From: a virus
Reading direction: 5' to 3' (one strand)
DNA length: 64,000 nucleotides
IMG/VR virus record: IMGVR_UViG_3300020187_000010
How positions within the stretch are numbered: the stretch's first letter is position 1; every line of letters begins with the position of its first letter. This document shows, in pieces, positions 1-7,700 of the stretch. Below the pieces are notes generated by a model, which was not told the origin of the DNA, searched no databases, and saw only the letters and a program-made list of their open reading frames with translations. A program made the translations under genes and the position numbers.

Positions 1-145
1 AACTAGAGGATGCAGAATCCGTTGTCTTGAAGAAAAGACGACCATCATTTGTGTTGATCGCTAATTCGCCAAGTTCTATATTTGATGTAGTCGGGCTCTT
101 GCCCTTAACTGCACTTCTCTTTAATCTAAAAAGTGTATTCGACAT
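1..145 (-). CDS. Tail fibre-type protein, N-terminal part (runs off window start)
   Basis: Manual translation MSNTLFRLKRSAVKGKSPTTSNIELGELAINTNDGRLFFK: the 'KRS..G..P....GELAIN..DG.LF' N-terminal motif typical of phage fibre proteins. Confidence 0.75.
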   Translation of the reverse strand, partial: MSNTLFRLKRSAVKGKSPTTSNIELGELAINTNDGRLFFKTTDSASSS

Positions 146-172
146 TTGTCAACCTTTTCCAATATTGGATAA

Positions 173-192
173 ACCCCCTTATAGAAGGGGGT
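173..192 (-). terminator. Stem-loop ACCCCCTT-ATAG-AAGGGGGT, possible terminator/processing hairpin after the 663-aa gene
   Basis: 8-bp perfect inverted repeat in the intergenic gap; only a short T-run follows on the minus strand. Confidence 0.5.
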
Positions 193-205
193 GATATTCT
201 ATTAT

Positions 206-2197
206 TTAGTATGTTCCACCATCGAGTGTTGCGATAGTCACAAAACCAGATGTAATGGTGAATTGGTCTGAGTCAAAAGACGCAACACCTTTGTTAGTAT
301 AACTTGCAATCTCTGCCGCGAATGTGATAGTATTATCACTGTCTTGTGCAGCACCATAGGTAATGTCCATACCTTCACCGGCAGCGAAGAATGTGTTACC
401 TAGATGGTCTTCGATATATTCACGAAGAACCGTACCATTGCGATAGATCTCACCACCAACATCTAGATCTTTGTTGGTGTTCCACTTGTCTCCTGCAACA
501 GAGTAAGTGATTGTTGCATTTGCACCATTGACCGTAATACCTGCACCATTTGCAGCGGTCGCATCTGCGGCACTATCTGCAAGAACAAGGTTAAGGTCAT
601 TGATCGACATAGTAGTCGAGTTAATGATTGTCTGCGTACCCTGTACAACAAGGTCACCCAGTACAAGAACTTGACCACCGTTAGAGTCTCCACCTTTAGG
701 GTCAAGTACAAGAACCTCGGTAGAACTGTTAGTAGAGATCTTGTTACCATCGATACGAATTGTATCGGTAGTAATACCGGTTAGACCGGTGAGATCTGTA
801 ATAGTCGCACCAAGTGCAACCGTAGTATCACCTATTGTGATGTCATCATTTACTAAATCTGCATTTGCAATAGACGCAGCCTTCAGACTTACGTGACCAT
901 TCGATATATCAAAGTCAGTATCTTCGAAAGATGCAATACCTTTGTTGGCACCATTCGCATCTTCACCTTCGATAGAGATGTTAGTACCTGCATGACCTAC
1001 ATTGATACCTTCTCCACCAAGGATAGATACCATGTGACCAGTAATAGGAACAATACCATCATCAGTTGTGATTTGTTTCACTACCGAAGAATCGAGACTT
1101 ACGTCACCAGAGTTGAGTGTGAAGTCACTCGAATTAAATTTAGCGGTACCCAGTTGTGAATACGATGCGGTTCTTGGTGTAATAGTTACTGTTGCACCTG
1201 CACCAGTTACATCCAGACCCTGTACGCCATTACCGAGGATATTGAAATCATGTCCGATAGGAGTTACAGATCCAGAGTCTGTAGTGATGAGTTTTACTAC
1301 ATCATCCACCAAAGATACTGAACCGGAAGTTACATCAAAGTCATCAGAGAGGAACTGAGCAACACCCTTCGAAGAAGTAGTCGCATCATCAATTGCATAG
1401 TCTACAGTATTTGTAGTTGCGGTATATGTAAGAGTGAGACCATTACCGGTTGCGGTAAATGTCAAGTCCGAGTCAAGTAGACTGATAGGATCTGAGTTGA
1501 CAGTCAAGTTTGTTGCAACGTTCGCAACAGAAGCCGCAGTCAAACGACCTTGTGCATCAACTGTGAAAGTTGGAATCTGTGTGGTAGAACCATATGACCC
1601 AGGCGTTACCGCAGTACTGTCTAAGTCAAAAGTAATTGCATCATCAGTAACAGTAGATGTCAGACCTGTACCACCACCGAATGTCAATATACCGGTAGAA
1701 GTATTGAACGTGTCATTAGTACCGTTATCTGCACCGATAGTAAAAGTGTTGGTAGCAATTTGATCATCTACATATCCTTTGTTCGCAGCATCCGAGTCAT
1801 GGGTAGGAGTCGCAACACCGTGAAGTTGTACGTTTAGAAAATCGACTTCATTACCTTGAGTGTCAATTGTAAGTCCACCAGTTACACTGATAGAACTCCC
1901 ATCAATAATAATGTCATCGACTTTTAAAATATCAAGTTTGCTATCCGCATCAACAATGAGTGCACTATTCGGGGTAACTGTGCCTTTGTCATGGTCGAGC
2001 ATTTGAGTGAAGAATTTACCACCAATAACTTCGTGGTTGACTGCATTACCTGCGATTTCAGTACCAGTACCGATATATAAACGGTCACCACCATTGGAAC
2101 CATTATCGGGCAAGTATGAATATGCTAATTCACCTTGGCCAAGTGTGGACGGATCTCCCGAAGTCCCCGACCGTTTTATTCTTAATAATGATGCCAT
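206..2197 (-). CDS. Tail fibre/virion structural protein (663 aa)
   Basis: N-terminal RIKRSGTSGDPSTLGQGELAYS motif; four KG(V/I)A(S/Q)F...DF....G.VSL-type repeats; VTPGSYGS..IPTFTVDAQGRLT fibre motif; C-terminal LDGGTY. Confidence 0.8.
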   Translation of the reverse strand: MASLLRIKRSGTSGDPSTLGQGELAYSYLPDNGSNGGDRLYIGTGTEIAGNAVNHEVIGGKFFTQMLDHDKGTVTPNSALIVDADSKLDILKVDDIIIDGSSISVTGGLTIDTQGNEVDFLNVQLHGVATPTHDSDAANKGYVDDQIATNTFTIGADNGTNDTFNTSTGILTFGGGTGLTSTVTDDAITFDLDSTAVTPGSYGSTTQIPTFTVDAQGRLTAASVANVATNLTVNSDPISLLDSDLTFTATGNGLTLTYTATTNTVDYAIDDATTSSKGVAQFLSDDFDVTSGSVSLVDDVVKLITTDSGSVTPIGHDFNILGNGVQGLDVTGAGATVTITPRTASYSQLGTAKFNSSDFTLNSGDVSLDSSVVKQITTDDGIVPITGHMVSILGGEGINVGHAGTNISIEGEDANGANKGIASFEDTDFDISNGHVSLKAASIANADLVNDDITIGDTTVALGATITDLTGLTGITTDTIRIDGNKISTNSSTEVLVLDPKGGDSNGGQVLVLGDLVVQGTQTIINSTTMSINDLNLVLADSAADATAANGAGITVNGANATITYSVAGDKWNTNKDLDVGGEIYRNGTVLREYIEDHLGNTFFAAGEGMDITYGAAQDSDNTITFAAEIASYTNKGVASFDSDQFTITSGFVTIATLDGGTY

Positions 2198-2421
2198 TAG
2201 TATTGGCCTCCGTTAACTTCTTGATTGTTTAATTCAGTTTTTGCCTCAAAATTGCCTGTGGATTCACTGAATACTAGAACTGCACCATCCGTAACATTAC
2301 TGGTATCTACACCACCGATATTATTGATATTGCCTGTAGTTGATGTGATACGTCTGATTGGTTTCCCAACAACGACCCTTTTAACTTTAGTTTTTCCTCT
2401 AAGGGATACCGTGACAGCCAT
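2197..2421 (-). CDS. Small virion/fibre adaptor protein (74 aa)
   Basis: Translationally coupled to the next gene; DGAVLV motif and C-terminal NGGQY like the neighbour's DGGTY. Confidence 0.65.
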   Translation of the reverse strand: MAVTVSLRGKTKVKRVVVGKPIRRITSTTGNINNIGGVDTSNVTDGAVLVFSESTGNFEAKTELNNQEVNGGQY

Positions 2422-2425
2422 ATAT

Positions 2426-2785
2426 TTACCTTGTTACCGAAGGTGAGACTTTGATCTTACCCTCTAAAATTCGTTCAATGAGAATATTACCGTCACTATC
2501 ATTGACCGCTAATTCAACGTCATAGACGTAACGTGTTCTGGTATTGAGGGTGTCAGTTTGAGTATTTGTGAGGGATAAAACTGCAATACCATCTGTTGCG
2601 GGTTCGCTAACGATAGTGGTGAAATCTAGGATCTCATCACTGTCAACAGAAGTGTAACTACGTTTCATTTTTGCGTTAACGGTATGTCCAGTCAAGTTTT
2701 TCTTGGAACCGTCAGTTTCCTGAAGGTGCAACTCGATTGCAACGTCTGCGCCTTGATCAATTGTAAAGTCTTCGTAATCTGCCAT
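2426..2785 (-). CDS. Virion structural protein (Ig-like, IDQGAD...YVYDVE...RILEG family)
   Basis: Motifs common in T4-like marine phage fibre-attachment proteins; late promoter upstream; start taken at MADYEDF. Confidence 0.7.
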   Translation of the reverse strand: MADYEDFTIDQGADVAIELHLQETDGSKKNLTGHTVNAKMKRSYTSVDSDEILDFTTIVSEPATDGIAVLSLTNTQTDTLNTRTRYVYDVELAVNDSDGNILIERILEGKIKVSPSVTR

Positions 2786-2822
2786 TCCAGTTCCCATCAA
2801 ACCAAAGTTGTGTCTATGGTTT

Positions 2823-2830
2823 TATTTATA
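2823..2830 (-). promoter_or_regulatory. T4-type late promoter TATAAATA
   Basis: Exact consensus upstream of the 2785 start. Confidence 0.7.
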
Positions 2831-2857
2831 TGTTTTGGAAACTGGAAAACGAGATAT

Positions 2858-3553
2858 TTATTCGTCTGAACTAATTTCTTCGAGTAAATCTTCGCGAAGT
2901 TCAGCGGATAGTTGGGAAGTATCGAAAGTGAAAGATACTGTACATCTCCAACAGTCAGTCTTCGCGGCATGATAGAACAATCTTTCGGGTTCACCGTAAT
3001 GACCAAAGTATGCTGCCTTGCACTGCCACCCTGGCTTATCTTCCATCACCACAACTTCTTTTGATATAGGATCTACATATTCGAATTGACCTTCTCCAGT
3101 TTCCGACCACGTGAAGATCAAATTATACGCTGCTGCATTTGCATTATTGTGCCAAGAGATAAAACCACCGGGCGGATACCATGCGGTTAGTGCATTATTT
3201 TTCACACCCAACCAATTCATAAGTCCTTGATTCATGTGCGCGAGTTCTGCGGTTCTATCTTTTCTTACCGAGGGATGAACCCCGTTATTGAAAAATTCAT
3301 GTCCCTTGCGACCAACACTCATTTCATAACCATACATCTGATCGGGAAATCCTTCGTGTCGGGTTCCTTGATCTAATATTTCTTCCAGATGACCTTTACC
3401 CGCCCAGAAATGTCTATTCCGTGATTCGTGAGAACAACTCTTATGAAATGTTTCCTCGAAGTCAGGGATATCTCTGGTCAAGAAATCTCGATAGGCATTT
3501 AATTTCACCAATAAGTCTTGGTTCATCACCGGAATGTCTTGCATATAACTCAT
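2858..3553 (-). CDS. Putative 2OG-Fe(II) oxygenase/cupin-like protein
   Basis: YPPGGFISWHNN...LIFTWS...FYHAA pattern resembling a double-stranded beta-helix with His ligands. Confidence 0.5.
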   Translation of the reverse strand: MSYMQDIPVMNQDLLVKLNAYRDFLTRDIPDFEETFHKSCSHESRNRHFWAGKGHLEEILDQGTRHEGFPDQMYGYEMSVGRKGHEFFNNGVHPSVRKDRTAELAHMNQGLMNWLGVKNNALTAWYPPGGFISWHNNANAAAYNLIFTWSETGEGQFEYVDPISKEVVVMEDKPGWQCKAAYFGHYGEPERLFYHAAKTDCWRCTVSFTFDTSQLSAELREDLLEEISSDE

Positions 3554-4284
3554 ATAATATATCCGTCCTTATCTAATCCACAGGAATAATGTCTGACAAT
3601 AACTTCACCTTCTGGTCTAGTCCTTGCCCAGTTGAATGCGTTATAATAGTTCCAACGCAAATCATCTTCCAAGATACCATACTTCAGGTCTTTGTATTTA
3701 GGTTCTTTCTCGGTCAACCACCAAAGACTGAACTGATCCCATGACCGAAGACTTTCTATATATCCTTCAGGCCACCAGTCACGATCCATTTGTCTGCGTG
3801 TGAGATCCCACCAATCATCCATGAACTCACGTACAATAGGTTTGGTCATATCGTAAAGTGCAACACCACCACATAGAGTGAACTTGGATGGGCCATCGGG
3901 AGTATCAAAACTTCTTTCGGCATAGACATATTCACGATCATCGGTCAATTCAGAGAATAAGATGTCTTCGTCACGTCTTTCCAATTCATCAAAACAAATG
4001 CGGATATCTTCGTGTTCCACTTCCATATCAACATCGAGGTACATGGTTAGGTCATATGGAGAACGAGCCATACCATCTAGTTTTGCACGGTAGTGGGATG
4101 AACACCATTCAACATTATCAAATAAATCTCGGTGTATTTCTTCGAACATCCACTCTTCGCAGAATAGTGTAATCTTCGCATCTTCGTAATAATCCAGAAT
4201 AGATTCTGCTAGATTGATCGCATACCGATAGAAGTTAATCTTATTCGATGCAACCAACACATAACCTTTAGACTTCTCAGACAT
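3550..4284 (-). CDS. GT-A fold glycosyltransferase
   Basis: SPYDLTMYLDVD (DxD), CGGVALY, WDQFSLW motifs; start taken at MSEKSKG. Confidence 0.75.
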   Translation of the reverse strand: MSEKSKGYVLVASNKINFYRYAINLAESILDYYEDAKITLFCEEWMFEEIHRDLFDNVEWCSSHYRAKLDGMARSPYDLTMYLDVDMEVEHEDIRICFDELERRDEDILFSELTDDREYVYAERSFDTPDGPSKFTLCGGVALYDMTKPIVREFMDDWWDLTRRQMDRDWWPEGYIESLRSWDQFSLWWLTEKEPKYKDLKYGILEDDLRWNYYNAFNWARTRPEGEVIVRHYSCGLDKDGYII

Positions 4285-4732
4285 CTTCCTCAACTCCAAG
4301 TTCTTCTTTTAAAAGCAACATAGCAAAAAGATTCGCTTCTACCTTGGACTTTGCTCGTCTAAGTTTAGACTTGAGTTTTCTGTTCTTAGAGTTTTTAATT
4401 TCTTCGGTTTCGAAGATTTCTAATTTATAGTTAAAGAGTTCTTCTAACTTACGTGCACGTGCGTGTTCCACATCACGTTGTTTATCTTCTTCTTTTTCGG
4501 CAGCTTTACGAATCTTACGGTCTTCGGTATTTCTATCTACAGACTCTTCACCTAAAGCATCAATGACTTCATTGAACAATTCATTTTCACTACCATCCTT
4601 ATTCTTGCGACTCAACATCATTACTTGTCGGGTCTCGCGATCCAGATCATCTTTCATTTCTAGGATACAGTTGAGTTTTTCTTTCTCCTCTGTTTCCCAG
4701 AACGCATTATCCATCCATCTTTTATAACTCAT
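4277..4732 (-). CDS. Hypothetical protein (charged, helical; possible chaperone)
   Basis: 151-aa ORF with GGAG SD; overlaps the downstream GT gene. Confidence 0.7.
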   Translation of the reverse strand: MSYKRWMDNAFWETEEKEKLNCILEMKDDLDRETRQVMMLSRKNKDGSENELFNEVIDALGEESVDRNTEDRKIRKAAEKEEDKQRDVEHARARKLEELFNYKLEIFETEEIKNSKNRKLKSKLRRAKSKVEANLFAMLLLKEELGVEEDV

Positions 4733-4760
4733 TTCAGTTCTCCAATTGTATATTATTTAC

Positions 4761-4789
4761 ATTATACTATATATCAAAAGATTAAGCAA
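4761..4789 (-). promoter_or_regulatory. Sigma70-type promoter TTGCTT-N17-TATAAT for the 4732/4284/3553 genes
   Basis: 17-bp spacer and perfect -10; overlaps the stop of the 1786-aa gene. Confidence 0.55.
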
Positions 4790-7700
4790 CCCTTACGTAC
4801 AAGGTATATGTCTCAATCACTCCTGTTCCGGAATCAACAGTTGTTCCGGTATAATTACCAGTAAAGTTTCTGGCATAATTTCCTGCGAATGTTCTACTAT
4901 AGTTACCCGCAAAACCTCTACTATAATTACCAGTAAAGTCACCTAAGTATGACGAGGTTCTAGTTCTAGTAGAATCTATGGTATATGCTGAATTTCGACT
5001 TCTACTAAAAGTGGATACTCTAGTTCGTGCAGAGGTTCTGACCGAAGTTCTTGAGTAGTCCCCAACAAAAGTTCTACTATAGTTACCAGTAAAGTCTCCG
5101 ACATAATTAGAAGATCGGGTTCTTGCATATTCACCAACAAAGGTTCTATTGTAGTTACCCACAAAGTTACCCGCAAAGTCTGAAGTAGAATCCCGAGTAT
5201 ATTCTCCTACAAAGTTTCTGTTGTAGTTACCAACAAAATCTCCTACGAAAGTCCGGCCATAATTACCACCAAATATTCTTGAGAAGTTACCAGTGTATTC
5301 TCCTACAAAATCAGTCGCACGAGTTCTTGCATATTCTCCCACAAAGTTTCTGTTGTAGTTGCCGACATAGTTACCCGCAAAACCTCTTGCATAGTTACCA
5401 ACAAATCCTCTATTGTAGTTACCGACAAAATTACCCGCGAATGTACTGATACTATTTCTTGTGTATTCCCCAACAAAAGTTCTATTGAAATTGCCGGTAT
5501 AATTACCCCCAAATCCACGATTGTAATTACCTGCGAATGCACGAGCATAGTCACCAATAAAGTTTCCAATAGAGTCGGTTACCCGAGTCCTAGAATAGTT
5601 ACCTGCGAATGCACGAGCATAGTTACCTTCAAATGCACGAGTCGAAGTGCGGAGAGATATACGGGTATAGTTACCAACGAATCCTCTATTATAGTTACCG
5701 ACAAAATTACCTGCGAATGTACTGATACTATTTCTGGTATAGTTTCCGGTAAAGGTTCTACCATAGTCACCAACAAAGTTTCCAATAGAGTCGGTTATAC
5801 GAGTTCTTGCGTAGGCAGATACACGATTACGAATATAAGACGATGCACGAGTACGTATATATGTGGATATTCTACTACGGGTCGATATACGAGTATATTC
5901 ACCAGTATAGTTGCCGGTGTAGTTGCCTGCAAATCCACGAGTATAATCACCAGTGAAATTACCTGCGAACGTGCGAGTATAGTTCGATGACAATGTGAGC
6001 ATATCAGTGATACTAGGACTTGCTGCGTTTGTAGTATCATCTACACGAGGTTCCCAGAACTGTTGATTGGTCGCGGTATCTGTTGAGTAATACAAGTATG
6101 TTCTGTGGTATGCAGTAGTGTTACCACTCCAGACAAAATCATTCTGAGCGGATACAACTTTCTCACCCGCCATATTATAGATACCAGAGTCAGCATGAGC
6201 CGCACCGGTACCAGAACCTTCGGGGAAAACGTGACCGACTACCAAAAACCATTCGTTTTGAGATTCGGTACCATACCACCAACCTCTCGCTTGGAAGTAC
6301 GGATTACTGTTAGATGCACCATTACTTCTGTTCAATACTGTTCCGCCAACACCAAGATAGAATGAACCATTACCAATAACTTTACGTCTTACCCATGTAG
6401 AGAATCTGTATAGTTTGGTTTTATCAACTGAGAAAGCTGAAGTATTCCAACCACCATCTGCATTAGATGTCGCATCTTGATTTGACACATCCCAAACGAT
6501 ATCAGTACCCTTCGGAGAAGTGTCGGAAATACGTGAGTTACCGTCCCCGTTCTGATTATAGTTAGTTGCAGAACCAGTACCAACTGTCCAAGCAGGAAAG
6601 TTCTGCCACAACAAGTTAGATTGATCTGAGTAACGTGTACCAGTTGTACCTACGAACTGAACGATACTATCACGAGTTGATGTACGAGTATACGTAGAAC
6701 TTCTGTTTTGAATACGAGTTCTTGTGTAATTACTAGGTCTACTGCGTGTAGATATTCTAATGTATGCGGATGATCTACTACGTGCCGATATACGAGTATA
6801 TGTGGAGAGACGGCCGCGGGTCGATGGGTTTATTGAAGTGCGAATATATGAAGAATTTCTACTACGGGTCGATATTCTAGTATACGCAGAGATGCGAGTT
6901 CGCGAATAGTCACCTATAAAGTTTCGCGAATAGTTTCCTATGTAGTCTCCGGTATAATATCCAATGCGAGTGTAGTCGCCTATGTAGTCACCTGCATAAG
7001 ATCCAATGCGAGTATAGTCACCCGTAAAGTCACCTGCGTAATATCCAATGCGAGTAAAGTATAATGGAGTTATTCTATTACGAATAGATATGCGAGTATA
7101 GTCTCCGGTATAGTACAATGTGCGAGTATAGTTACCGATGTAATATAGAGTTCGAGTATAGTCGCCTGTATAATACAATGTACGAGTATAGTTACCGGTG
7201 TAATATAGAGTTCGAGTATAGTCGCCCGTAAAGTTACCTATATAATATCCGGTTCGGATATAGGTATCGATTCGATTCGAAGTACGGGTACTTGTTCTAA
7301 TGTACGTACCGGTTCCAATTCTAGTACGTATAGATGTTCTGATATAATATCCGGTCGCAGTTCTGGTTCTCGAAGAATATCTCAGGTAATTCGCAACCCC
7401 CAAATAATCACCGGTATAATACACTGTCTGTTTAACTATTCGAGTATAGTCACCTACATAGTTAACTATTCTATTATAGTTACCTACAAAATTACCAACA
7501 TAATACAATGTACGAGTGTAGTTACCTGTGAAATTACCAATGTAATACAATGTACGAGTGTAGTTACCTGTGAAATCACCTGCATAATATGATGTACGTT
7601 GGTAGTATAATGTAGCAATTCTGTCTCTTATTGATATACGTTGGTAGTTACCAGTCGCAATTCTGGTACGAATATATGTTCCGGTGGCAGTTCTGGTACG

